64,000 nt of DNA, from the NCBI GenBank assembly GCA_963696385.1, contig CAVOKF010000008.1:768001-832000 (forward strand). Reading direction: 5' to 3'. Positions 29,187 to 38,761 of this stretch are shown here, piece after piece. The notes under the pieces were generated by a model, which was given only the letters and a program-made list of their open reading frames with translations, did not search any database and was not told the origin of the DNA. Position 1 is the first letter of the stretch, and each line of letters opens with the position of its first letter. The stretch comes from an uncultured delta proteobacterium. GTDB lineage: Bacteria; Myxococcota_A; Polyangia; Polyangiales; Polyangiaceae. The position numbers and the translations under genes were made by a program.

Positions 29187-32108
29187 ATGAAACTATTCAG
29201 CATCGGACGACGATCAGCCCGGGCGAGCGTGACCGCCGCGTTGGGACTTTCAGCAGCCCTTGGTTCGGCGCACTGCGGTTCTGCGTCGAACCAGAGCGAG
29301 ACGGACCCAAGATTTGCCGCCGAGACGTATGACGAAAAGGAGCCTCTGACCAATGCGATCGTCGGATCGCCTCATGGAGTCGTCCAGATTGCCGCCGACG
29401 GGACAGTGACGGCACTGCCCGGCCCCACCGGCAAATCGGGCGCCGGCTCGTCGGGCACGGCGGGCGCTGGTTCGTCGGGTTCGTCGGGCTCCACGAGCTC
29501 GTCCAGCTCGGCGGGCTCGGCAAGCGGCGGCGGTCCGTTGGATGGCGGGATCGGCTTTCTGGACGGCGGCACGGTGGACGAGGACGGAGGCGACGGGGGC
29601 TCCGGCGGGGGCTTCGGCTTTTGGACGTTCGACGACTGCTCGCCCAAGTCTCACTTTCTTCTGGATTCGTCCGGCGAGGGCGCGACGGCGCAGCATGCGC
29701 TCGGCGCCGATTGTGTTGCCGGCATCACGGGCGCGGGTATCCAATTCCGAAGCGCCGCGGACCTGGTCCAGGTGCCCGACGAGCCGCAATTCACGGTCAG
29801 TTCCCGTGTTGCGGTCGCAGCCTGGGTATTTCCGGACAATGTGTCCGGCGATCAGCCCATCGTGCTCAAGCGTTTGAACAACCAGACGTCCTTCTCGCTC
29901 GGAGTCCACGACGGCAACATTCAGTTTTCCGTCGTGCTCACGACGGGCACGACCGTCGTGTCGAGTGCGCCATTGCCTGCAAGGACGTGGTCGCACGTCG
30001 CCGGCATGTTCGATGGAACGTTCGTTCGCCTCTTTTTCGACGGACAGCAGTACGGTCAAGTCTATGGGGCCGGCACGCTTCGCGACGAATTCACTCCGAT
30101 CCGAATCGGAGCGACCACGCAGCAGCAATACTTCCACGGGATCATCGACCAGGTCTTCGTCTCGACCGAGGACATCACGCCGGATACCCTGACGGCCCTC
30201 GCCTGCATCCAAAATCCCTCCACCCTCGCCGTGAGCCCCGCCACCAGCGGTCCGGTTCCCTTCGGTACCACGGTCCAGTACAGCGTGGCGGTCACGGACA
30301 ACGACGTCGGATTTTGCTCGACGCAAAATGCCTACGATCTGTTTTTCAGTTCTTTTGATCCCACGATCAGCGAGACCTTCAGTTCGTCCACGTTCCAAAG
30401 CGCGTCGCCGGGACAGACGGTCACGTTCGAAGTGGGTCTCACCTCGTCCGACCTCGCATCGATAGGCGACCACGAGATCACCTTCTTCGTCGACGACTTC
30501 GGCAACACCTTCGAGAGCCTCTTCGGGCAGCTCACCTACGACGTCGCCAAGCCGACCGGTTGCTTTGTCGATGTCGGGCAAGAGCTCTTCATCATGGACA
30601 CGAGCGTCGTGGATGACCCGGTACGCACCCTGGGTCAGAACTCGGGCGGGGGTTTCTCCGCCGACGGCGGCGGCATCAGCACGGGCACCGGTATCGGTAT
30701 CGGTATCGGCACGTCGCCGGTCGGCAGCACGGGTGTCGCCAGCGGTGTCGACACCGGAACCGACCTTGGCGTCGAAACCGGCGGGGTCGTTGGCATCGGC
30801 CCTGGCATCCCACCGAGCATCGGAAGCAGCGGTGCAGCGGGCGGCACGACCAGCAGCAGCGGCAGCAGCGCGGGAAGCTCTGCCCTGCCTCCTGCCCCGG
30901 TCGATGGCGGAGACGACGGAGGAGCTCCCGCTTCGAGCACGGGGGTCTGGACGTTCGGCCATCTCATGCGCGACGTGGCGCCGACGGGAGCGGATGCGCC
31001 CGCGATGGTTGAGCAGCTCTTTGATACCTGGCTGACGCCCCAAGTCGTCAACAGCTTCACCGTGGCTGCGCGCCCGGCCATCCAATCGGTGCTTCTCGAT
31101 ATCTGGCCACGGACCGCCGACGGCGGGCTCGACCTCGATCAGGCGCCGCTCACCCTTCAAGCTATCGTCAATCGCATTGATCTACGCAAGCTGTCGGCCG
31201 GCTCGGCCGGCGAGGGACGCTTCGTCTTTGCGGTGAACGGAGGCGGGGGCTTTCCTCAGCAGTTCACCGTGATCCTCGAGTACAATCTGCCTGCAACGAC
31301 GCAACAGGACGTGTTGAACTGGGCCAATCTCTGGCACAGCCTGTCCTCTCTCCCCTTCCCGTCCGAGACGTACAACAGCGCGCTCGAGGCCATCACGCGC
31401 AGCTTTGCCGCGCGCAACGCCTTGCCGGGGGCCGTCAACGGCAGCGCTCTTTTGACGCTCCGGACCAACGAGATTGCCCTTTCCGGCATCCAGTGGGAAC
31501 TCCGCGAATTCGTGCTTTCTCCAACGACCGGCTTTCTCCAGGAAGCCCCTGTCGACGAGACGCCGGATCTCGGCTTCAACGGCACCAGTACGTTCGCGGA
31601 CTTCGTCAATCAGAATTCAGCCGCGATCATCGCGGAAGTCCCGGGAGCGACGGGCACCGTACCCTTGAACTTCGAGGGCGGTCCCTTCCTCGGCGGCTCC
31701 GTCTTCAATAACCTCGTGGTGTGGTCCGCTCCAGGAATCGTCGATGACGATGCCCGATTCCACGCCTCGCTCAACACGTGCAACGGATGCCACGGTCCGG
31801 AAACCAACACGGAGTTCCTGATGGTCACCCCGCGGTCACCCGGAACCGAAGCGACTCTGTCGCCGTTCATGACCGGCACGGTCGCCTTCGATGAAATCAC
31901 CGGTGAGCAGCGCTCGCTCAATGACCTAGACCGACGGCGCCTCGACCTCACCAGTCTCGTGTGCCCGAGCGATGACGCCGGTTCTCCCTCGGACGCCGGT
32001 CTTCCGCCGCCTCCGGACGCGGCTCCTCCCCCCGACGCCGGCCTTGCGCCTCCCTTCGACGCCAGCGACCTGTCCGTCGCACCTACCCTTGTCGAACTGG
32101 TCCGCTGA
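29187..32108 (+). CDS. Large secreted protein: LamG-like jellyroll, Ig-like domain and C-terminal CxxCH domain
   Basis: RBS GGGAGGA; WSHVAGMFDG and FHGIIDQV LamG motifs; AIVNRIDL, GEGRFVF, WELREF, TCNGCH. Confidence 0.8.
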   Translation: MKLFSIGRRSARASVTAALGLSAALGSAHCGSASNQSETDPRFAAETYDEKEPLTNAIVGSPHGVVQIAADGTVTALPGPTGKSGAGSSGTAGAGSSGSSGSTSSSSSAGSASGGGPLDGGIGFLDGGTVDEDGGDGGSGGGFGFWTFDDCSPKSHFLLDSSGEGATAQHALGADCVAGITGAGIQFRSAADLVQVPDEPQFTVSSRVAVAAWVFPDNVSGDQPIVLKRLNNQTSFSLGVHDGNIQFSVVLTTGTTVVSSAPLPARTWSHVAGMFDGTFVRLFFDGQQYGQVYGAGTLRDEFTPIRIGATTQQQYFHGIIDQVFVSTEDITPDTLTALACIQNPSTLAVSPATSGPVPFGTTVQYSVAVTDNDVGFCSTQNAYDLFFSSFDPTISETFSSSTFQSASPGQTVTFEVGLTSSDLASIGDHEITFFVDDFGNTFESLFGQLTYDVAKPTGCFVDVGQELFIMDTSVVDDPVRTLGQNSGGGFSADGGGISTGTGIGIGIGTSPVGSTGVASGVDTGTDLGVETGGVVGIGPGIPPSIGSSGAAGGTTSSSGSSAGSSALPPAPVDGGDDGGAPASSTGVWTFGHLMRDVAPTGADAPAMVEQLFDTWLTPQVVNSFTVAARPAIQSVLLDIWPRTADGGLDLDQAPLTLQAIVNRIDLRKLSAGSAGEGRFVFAVNGGGGFPQQFTVILEYNLPATTQQDVLNWANLWHSLSSLPFPSETYNSALEAITRSFAARNALPGAVNGSALLTLRTNEIALSGIQWELREFVLSPTTGFLQEAPVDETPDLGFNGTSTFADFVNQNSAAIIAEVPGATGTVPLNFEGGPFLGGSVFNNLVVWSAPGIVDDDARFHASLNTCNGCHGPETNTEFLMVTPRSPGTEATLSPFMTGTVAFDEITGEQRSLNDLDRRRLDLTSLVCPSDDAGSPSDAGLPPPPDAAPPPDAGLAPPFDASDLSVAPTLVELVR

Positions 32109-32142
32109 GATACGGCTAACTAACCAACAACACGCAGGCAGC

Positions 32143-32173
32143 GCCCGGCCGGGTAACCGGCCGGGCTTTTTTT
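32143..32173 (+). terminator. Rho-independent terminator
   Basis: Perfect 10-bp stem GCCCGGCCGG-GTAA-CCGGCCGGGC followed by T7. Confidence 0.92.
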
Positions 32174-32207
32174 ATGAAATGAAAAGCCCCCCGCGTCCAC
32201 GCATTTC

Positions 32208-33296
32208 TCAGTAGCGCTCCGTGTCGTTGTTCGGCGCGTTCGGCACGGGGGGATACACGTTGCCGTGAATCGTCGTCCCGCCGTAAGCGAAAGACCCCGC
32301 GAATGCGAGGAACGGGGCCGGGAAGTTGAGTGCGGGCCGGCTCAGTTCGTCCAGCTTGCCCACGTGCTCGGCCCGCAGCTTGACCTCCAGCGCTTCGACG
32401 TTGTCGTCGAGCTGTGCGAGCGTGCGCGCACCGAGGATGGTCGAGGCGACGCCCGGGCGGCCCTGCACCCACGCCAACGCGACGCGCGCGGTCGTGGTTC
32501 CGGTCTCCCTGGCGATCGCTTCAGCCGCTTCGACGATGTCGTAGGTCCTATCGTCGTTGAGGGCCCCGACCAGGAACTGACCCCGCGCAGGCGTGTGACG
32601 ACCCTTGTCGGCCCTCTTGTATTTGCCCGAGAGGGCACCGCTCTTGAGAGGCGACCAAGGCGTGACCCCAAGTCCCATTTCCAAGGCCATCGGAACGAGT
32701 TCACCCTCCACGGTCCGCTCGAGCAACGAGTACTCGATCTGGAGCGCGACGAGCGGCGCCCAGCCGCGAAGCTGCGCGACGGTTTGGGCCTGCGCCACCT
32801 TCCATGCCGGGGTGTCCGAGAAACCGATGTAACGCACCTTGCCCACAGCGACGAGGTCGTCGAGCGTGCGCAACGTCTCGTCAATCGGCGTGTAATGGTC
32901 CCAGGCGTGCATCCAGTACAAATCGATGTAGTCCGTCTGCAGACGTCGCAGCGATTCGTGGAGTTGAGCGTGAATGGCCTTTCGGCTCGCCCCGCCCCCG
33001 TTGGGATCGCCCGTGTACATGTTTGCGAAAAACTTCGTGGCGAGAACGAGCCGCTCCCGCTTGCGCGGATCGCGACCCACGTGATCTCCCAGGATCTTCT
33101 CCGAATGTCCCCGAGTGTACGCGTTGGCCGTGTCGATGAAGTTGCCCCCTCGATCGATGAAGCGGTCGATGATTTGCTGCGAGTCGGCGACGGACGCACC
33201 CCAACCGAGGTCTTCGCCGAAGGTCATTGCGCCGAGACAGAACGGGCTGACACGCAGGCCGGAACGGCCGAGCGTCACGTAATGATTGAGCGGCAT
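32208..33296 (-). CDS. Aldo/keto reductase
   Basis: CLGAMTFG, FIDTANAY, DYIDLYWMH, WSPLKSG. Confidence 0.95.
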   Translation of the reverse strand: MPLNHYVTLGRSGLRVSPFCLGAMTFGEDLGWGASVADSQQIIDRFIDRGGNFIDTANAYTRGHSEKILGDHVGRDPRKRERLVLATKFFANMYTGDPNGGGASRKAIHAQLHESLRRLQTDYIDLYWMHAWDHYTPIDETLRTLDDLVAVGKVRYIGFSDTPAWKVAQAQTVAQLRGWAPLVALQIEYSLLERTVEGELVPMALEMGLGVTPWSPLKSGALSGKYKRADKGRHTPARGQFLVGALNDDRTYDIVEAAEAIARETGTTTARVALAWVQGRPGVASTILGARTLAQLDDNVEALEVKLRAEHVGKLDELSRPALNFPAPFLAFAGSFAYGGTTIHGNVYPPVPNAPNNDTERY

Positions 33297-33429
33297 GGCG
33301 GTGTCTTCGATGCACGGGCCGAGCCCGCCGTCGCTCTCCGCTAGTGCAGCGCCAGCCTAACAACGCAGGCGTACCCAGCGGAGCGGGGTACCGTCTACCG
33401 GGAGCGCTGTACTGCGAGGCCGTGAGCGA

Positions 33430-34266
33430 TCAGCCGAACTGCGCGGATCGCTTGGTGAACGCGCCCCCCATCCAGAAGCCGACGATGGGAAACGTCACGG
33501 CGGGTCGCTCGTCGCCGAGGGCACCGAGCGCGACGAGCAGCGGGGCGTAGTGCTCCCACGTGGGCAGCGCCATCTGGGCCGCCGGTGCGCGCACCTTGAA
33601 GTCCAGCAACGCGTCGAGGTCGAGCCGCGATAGCGCACCCTCGGCCCAACCGTCGAAGTCGCGGGCCCACGCAGGCACTCCGGGACGAAACGCGTACCGC
33701 ATGTTGTGCGTGAGAAACCCGCTGCCGAAGATGAGCACGCCCTCTTCGCGCAAAGGCGCCAGGGCGCTGCCCAGTTTGAACAGCTGCTGCGTGTCGAGCC
33801 CAGGCATCGATACCTGAAGCACCGGAATGTCGGCCTCAGGGTACATCGCCACGAGCGGCACGTACGCCCCATGGTCGAGTCCGCGCCGCGGGTCGTCGGC
33901 GACGTCGATGCCCTTCTGGCGCAACAGATCGCGAACCCGATCGGCGAGTCGAGGCGCACCCGGCGACGCGTACTGGGTGAGGTAATAACGCTCGGGAAAG
34001 CCATAGAAGTCGTAGACGAGCGGGACCGAACGCGTGGCCCCGAGTGTCGTGGGCCGCTCCTCCCAGTGAGCCGACACCATAAGGATGCTCCTCGGCCTCG
34101 GCATCGCCTTCGCCCAGGCGGCGAGCTCGCCCATCCACACTTCGTCGTCGAGCAGCACCGGTGCTCCGTGCGCGGCGAAGACGGTCGGCATTTTCGACGG
34201 GAGCGTGCTCTCGAACGGTTCGTTCGAGCCAGGGGACTCCATGGTCTCAACCTGTTTCGTGTGCAC
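33430..34266 (-). CDS. Class III extradiol ring-cleavage dioxygenase (YgiD/DODA, LigB family)
   Basis: AHGAP, VSAHW, YDFYGFP, GLDHGAYVPL, GSGFLTHN, EHYAPL. Confidence 0.92.
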   Translation of the reverse strand: MHTKQVETMESPGSNEPFESTLPSKMPTVFAAHGAPVLLDDEVWMGELAAWAKAMPRPRSILMVSAHWEERPTTLGATRSVPLVYDFYGFPERYYLTQYASPGAPRLADRVRDLLRQKGIDVADDPRRGLDHGAYVPLVAMYPEADIPVLQVSMPGLDTQQLFKLGSALAPLREEGVLIFGSGFLTHNMRYAFRPGVPAWARDFDGWAEGALSRLDLDALLDFKVRAPAAQMALPTWEHYAPLLVALGALGDERPAVTFPIVGFWMGGAFTKRSAQFG

Positions 34267-34276
34267 GCGCGCCCTC

Positions 34277-35533
34277 TCACTGCGGAAGGCAGTCTGCCCC
34301 CGCCGTCTCCAAGGGTGAGCACGTCGTCGACGCGGGACACGTCCCGGCGGCGGTGTTGGCGTCGCCTCCGGAGGTCACATCCCCTTGTGCGTCGCTCGCC
34401 TGTTGTGCGTCGCTCGCCTGCGGCGAATCGCTCGCTACCTCGGCGTCGCTCGCCGGCGAGGCATCGCTCGCGAGCGGAGCGTCGCTCGCCACCTCGGCGT
34501 CGTTCCCCGGCGAGCCGTCGTCGTTCGCTGGCGAGGCGTCGCTCGCCACCTGGGCGTCGCTCGCCGGCGAGGCGTCGCTCGCGGAGACGCCACCGTCACT
34601 GGCAGCGACCGAGCAACCTGGGAAGCATTGGCCTAAGAGGCCCGGGTTTTGGACCGCAAAGCCGGCCGTGGATGCTCCGTTCGCGGCCGTGAACGTCGTT
34701 TGCAGAAACGCATCGCAAACGAAACCGGAGGGGCAGGCCGCCGTAGTGCCCGTCACGCAGGCCGGCGAGCAGATGCCATTGCCGACGCCCCCGTCGTCCA
34801 ATATCTCGGTAAAGCAGACGCAGACACCCGTGGTCGTGTCCGCCTCGGTGCAAGGCGCGCCAGGCTCTTTGGTCGGCGCAACGACTTGGCTCACACAAAG
34901 TCCCCTGTCGACCTGGCACGTGGTGCCGGACGGACATTGGGCGTCTGCTGTGCACGCCGACTCGCACGCTCCGATGCCGTTGGAAATGTCGCCGAAACTG
35001 TCTTCGGACAGCCCCAACACGGCGCACGCGCTGCCCGCAGCGCACCCCACCGGCTTGCTGCCGTTACGCAGCACCTGGCATTGGGGATAGCACACGCCCA
35101 GGCCGTCCCCCAGATCGATGCACACGCCAGGAGACGAGGACACATCCGGGCCATCGCAGAAATGTAGATCTCCGTCGTCGCCGGGATTGCAACTGGTCAG
35201 GACACACACCGGAGTCGGAAAGAGAACGCCTTCCTGCAAAGACGAGCTGCACACGTTGATTCCCGGGCCACCCGGCGGCTGGCAGTCGGCGTCGGACGTG
35301 CAGACTTGGCCCACGGTACCGTCGTAAAGGCTACCGCCGGCCGGGGTGCCCGCGTCGGGCGCGGTCGATCCCGCGTCACCGCGATGGACGGGCCCTGCGT
35401 CCGTCATGTTGCTGGATCCCGAAGCGGCCCCGCTGCCTGGGTTGCTCGAACACCCGCCGTAAAGGACGACGGTGCCGGCGAACAGGGCGCCGAACGCCAC
35501 GACCGATCGCGGCTGGAAATGTCTCTGGAACAT
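34277..35533 (-). CDS. Cys-rich lipoprotein with a C-terminal ASDA repeat tract
   Basis: Lipobox YGGC, many Cys, repeated ASDAxx units. Confidence 0.75.
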   Translation of the reverse strand: MFQRHFQPRSVVAFGALFAGTVVLYGGCSSNPGSGAASGSSNMTDAGPVHRGDAGSTAPDAGTPAGGSLYDGTVGQVCTSDADCQPPGGPGINVCSSSLQEGVLFPTPVCVLTSCNPGDDGDLHFCDGPDVSSSPGVCIDLGDGLGVCYPQCQVLRNGSKPVGCAAGSACAVLGLSEDSFGDISNGIGACESACTADAQCPSGTTCQVDRGLCVSQVVAPTKEPGAPCTEADTTTGVCVCFTEILDDGGVGNGICSPACVTGTTAACPSGFVCDAFLQTTFTAANGASTAGFAVQNPGLLGQCFPGCSVAASDGGVSASDASPASDAQVASDASPANDDGSPGNDAEVASDAPLASDASPASDAEVASDSPQASDAQQASDAQGDVTSGGDANTAAGTCPASTTCSPLETAGADCLPQ

Positions 35534-35621
35534 AGGCGCCCGCCTCCCACGAAGGGAAACAGCACTTCTAGCGCGATCGCGCAGGACGGCCAGTCGAGAG
35601 TCCGGCCGCCGTCGCACCGTA

Positions 35622-35652
35622 CTCGTGACGACTCGTAACGCGGCTCGTAACG
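35622..35652. promoter_or_regulatory. Three direct repeats CTCGTRACG in a divergent intergenic region
   Basis: CTCGTGACG at 35622, CTCGTAACG at 35632 and at 35644. Confidence 0.4.
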
Positions 35653-36004
35653 CGCGGCCGGCGTCGCTGCGACCACGGTTTTCGGGCCCGCATCACGGGC
35701 GTCGCCGACGGCCGCATCCAAGCAGATATCGTGAGACGGGCAATTTACACGGTCAGCTCAATCGGCACATCGATGGACGACGTGCTCGCGCATCGCTGCC
35801 CGGTTGAGCCATTGGGCGCGTCGCTTGTGGCGTCGGTCGGGATGCGCGGGCAACGGGCAAGAAGCACGGCGTTTGGATCACTGCGAGCGAGGCCACGCGT
35901 CGAAGCGTGGCCCATGCGGCCGCCACGAGAGGGAAGTCCTGCGCCGGGGTTGGGAAAGTGCTTAACTGACTTCGCACGAACGAGCGAGCCATGCCGGGGT
36001 TTGA

Positions 36005-37366
36005 ATGCTCCATGGGATTTTCTTCAAAGGCGTCTCCGCGATTCACCTGCGCCCGGATCGTCCCGGCCGCCGCGCGATCGCCGCGTTGATCCTGCTCATG
36101 GGGCCGCAGACGATCATGGGCTGCACGTCGTCATCCAAGTCGACGGCATGCGAAAATTCGCAGTGCGCAGCGGGCAACGCATGCATCGATGACGATTCGG
36201 GCGCGAGAGCGAGTTGCCATCGCCTCTGCACCGGTCAGGAGGATTGCCCGGCCGGCTGGTATTGCAACGACGGGAAGCCTTCGAGCTGGTGCGCCTCGTT
36301 GGCGACGCAAGTCCTGCCTAAAGCGGGCCAGTTCGGGACGGCCTGCCTGCCGAGCGGCGGCGAGGCGAACAACCCGGCTTGCGACGTAGCCGACGGCTTC
36401 TCGTGCTACGGCACTTCACCAGCCGACGCGAATGCGTTCTGCACGCTCTTCGGCTGCACCAAGGGTACCGATTGCCCGGGTGGCTGGTGGTGCGAGGTCG
36501 TCGACGTCGCCCCGAACGTGACGACGTCCGTCCGCTCGTTCGGCCCGACGCGCGCCGTCTGCCTGCCACGCCAGTATTGCGCGACCTGCCAGACCGATCA
36601 CGACTGCTCGCCAAGCGCGGATGGAACGGACGAGCACTGCGCGACGGACGCGAACGGAAACGGATTTTGCACACCCGAATGTGCGTCGAACGCCGCCTGC
36701 CCCCTCGACGCGACGTGCGTCCCGGCGTTCGATGTGTGCGTGGCGACCGCTTGCATGACCGATGGCGACTGCACCGTGGGCGGGGCAACCGAACAGTGCT
36801 TCGGCGGGTCGTGCGCGATCCCCTGCAAGACCGAGGGGGGGTCGTGCCCGCCGATCAACGGTGCCCCCGCGCACTGCAGCTCCGCGGGCTCTTGCGTAGC
36901 GCAAGCCTGCGCGAGCGACGACGATTGCCCGCCGACCGATGGAACGTTCCAACACTGCCTGGCGGGCACATGCACCCCCGAATGCGGCGGTCCGGCCGAC
37001 TGCGGCGCCGGCCAAACGTGCGGCCTGCTCTCGGTTTGCCACCCCCGCGCGGGTGTGTGCGTCGGAGACGGAGGTTTCTGTTCGCCCTGCCGTTCCGATG
37101 CCGACTGCCAGGATGGCTACTGCTTGAGCGCCCCCAATTCCACCGAGCGGTTCTGCAGCCAAACGACGACAGCGGCATGCTCGGCCGACGCCGGGCCAAT
37201 CGGGATCTGCCCGGCACGCCCGAACGACGCGCCGTACATGGGCGTCACATGCACGTCCGCAGACGATGGATTCGCACCGGCCAATCAGTGCGTCGCGTTC
37301 GTCAGCATCGGCACGCTGACCGGAGACCAACAGGAGACTCCAGGATGTTATACCATCGATCGCTGA
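36005..37366 (+). CDS. Very Cys-rich secreted lipoprotein
   Basis: Lipobox IMGC; repeated CxxDxDC modules; start uncertain. Confidence 0.75.
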   Translation: MLHGIFFKGVSAIHLRPDRPGRRAIAALILLMGPQTIMGCTSSSKSTACENSQCAAGNACIDDDSGARASCHRLCTGQEDCPAGWYCNDGKPSSWCASLATQVLPKAGQFGTACLPSGGEANNPACDVADGFSCYGTSPADANAFCTLFGCTKGTDCPGGWWCEVVDVAPNVTTSVRSFGPTRAVCLPRQYCATCQTDHDCSPSADGTDEHCATDANGNGFCTPECASNAACPLDATCVPAFDVCVATACMTDGDCTVGGATEQCFGGSCAIPCKTEGGSCPPINGAPAHCSSAGSCVAQACASDDDCPPTDGTFQHCLAGTCTPECGGPADCGAGQTCGLLSVCHPRAGVCVGDGGFCSPCRSDADCQDGYCLSAPNSTERFCSQTTTAACSADAGPIGICPARPNDAPYMGVTCTSADDGFAPANQCVAFVSIGTLTGDQQETPGCYTIDR

Positions 37367-38130
37367 AACGAACTCGGACGAGCGAGCGCGCTCGCCGTTT
37401 GGCCGGCGCGCTCGGCCGATCCATCCTCGCCGCTCTTGCCGGTTGCGGAAGCGCAGGCTCGGGGTCCGCCGGGCCGGCTTGCGATCCGTGCGACGGCGGC
37501 AGCGCCCTGGTGACGACGCCGCTCACGGGGCACTACAACAATCCCGACGGAATCCCCTACCCGGACCCGGCCACCGGCTACGGGCGCAGTTCGCGCAGCG
37601 GAACGACGCCCGGCAGTGTCATACAAAACTACCGCTTTCTCGGCTATCCAAACTCCGATACCTCCATGGGTCTGCAAACCGTAGCATTCGCGGACTTCTA
37701 CGACCCTTGCATGAAGCAGCCGTACAAGCTCCTTCATGTCACCGTGGCCAGCGTTTGGTGCGAACCCTGCAATGAGGAGACGACTGCTCTCGCGCAGGGC
37801 GCCGCCCAGCTGTCGATGGATGGCGCGGTCGTCTTCCAGGTGCTCGACGACGGTCCGATCAAGGGGACACCGGCGACGAAGGCCGATCTCGTTTACTGGA
37901 TCATGGATCACTCCACGACGTTCACCGAAGCTCTCGATCCCGAGCTCGCCAATCTCGGCTCGCTCGTCGACGCCGCGACCGTCCCATGGAACTGCGACAT
38001 CGATCCGCGTACCATGGAAATTCTCGATCAGAGCAGCGGTTGGACGGGCGACATCACGAGCGAACTCGCGCCCGGCTTTGCGGCGCTGCCGGCAACCCCC
38101 AGCTACCCGATACCGACCGAGTGCAATTGA
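37363..38130 (+). CDS. Thioredoxin-fold (TlpA-like) lipoprotein
   Basis: Lipobox LAGC; ASVWCEPCNEE; TVPWN cis-Pro loop; start uncertain. Confidence 0.8.
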   Translation: MKRTRTSERARRLAGALGRSILAALAGCGSAGSGSAGPACDPCDGGSALVTTPLTGHYNNPDGIPYPDPATGYGRSSRSGTTPGSVIQNYRFLGYPNSDTSMGLQTVAFADFYDPCMKQPYKLLHVTVASVWCEPCNEETTALAQGAAQLSMDGAVVFQVLDDGPIKGTPATKADLVYWIMDHSTTFTEALDPELANLGSLVDAATVPWNCDIDPRTMEILDQSSGWTGDITSELAPGFAALPATPSYPIPTECN

Positions 38131-38687
38131 ACGCGGCCGCGCCCATTTCGATCGCTGTGGCTGCGGCCATCGGCTGCGCCCCCGCGTCCGGACCGCTCTC
38201 GGCCACCCCGCCCCCCGACCTGCCGTCGGACCGATCGACGGCCACGTCCGCGCCGGACTTCTCGGCGTCCGAACTCGGCGGCAAACTGTTTCACCTGCGC
38301 GATCACATCGGCAAGGAGGTCATCGTCCTCGATTTTTGGGCGACGTATTGCGAACCGTGCAAATCGGAATTCCCTCACCTTCGATCGCTGTACCAAAAGG
38401 ACAGGGACCGAGGGTTGCTGGTGGTCGGCGTGTCGATGGACGGGCCCGAAACATCCGCGGACGTGTCGGCGTTCGTGCGCCGGTTCGAGTTGGATTTCCC
38501 TATCGTGCTCGACGAAGATTCGCGGATCGCGAGACTGTACAACCCGAAGAAATCCATGCCCCTCAGCGTCATCGTCGACCGGACGGGGCGAATTGCGATT
38601 GTTCGCGAAGGCTTCAGCCCCGGTGACGAAAAGCTCATCGCACTCGACGTGGAGCGCGTGTTATCCGATCCGCAACCGGTGAGGTAG
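38127..38687 (+). CDS. TlpA-family disulfide reductase lipoprotein
   Basis: APDFS, VLDFWATYCEPCKSEFP, SMPLSVIVD; TTG overlaps the upstream TGA. Confidence 0.9.
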   Translation: MNAAAPISIAVAAAIGCAPASGPLSATPPPDLPSDRSTATSAPDFSASELGGKLFHLRDHIGKEVIVLDFWATYCEPCKSEFPHLRSLYQKDRDRGLLVVGVSMDGPETSADVSAFVRRFELDFPIVLDEDSRIARLYNPKKSMPLSVIVDRTGRIAIVREGFSPGDEKLIALDVERVLSDPQPVR

Positions 38688-38761
38688 GGCCCCGACGCGT
38701 CGTGGAACCGTTTTTCGACGCACGCATCGGCGTAGCGCCCGCGCCGGGTTCGCCGGGCACG

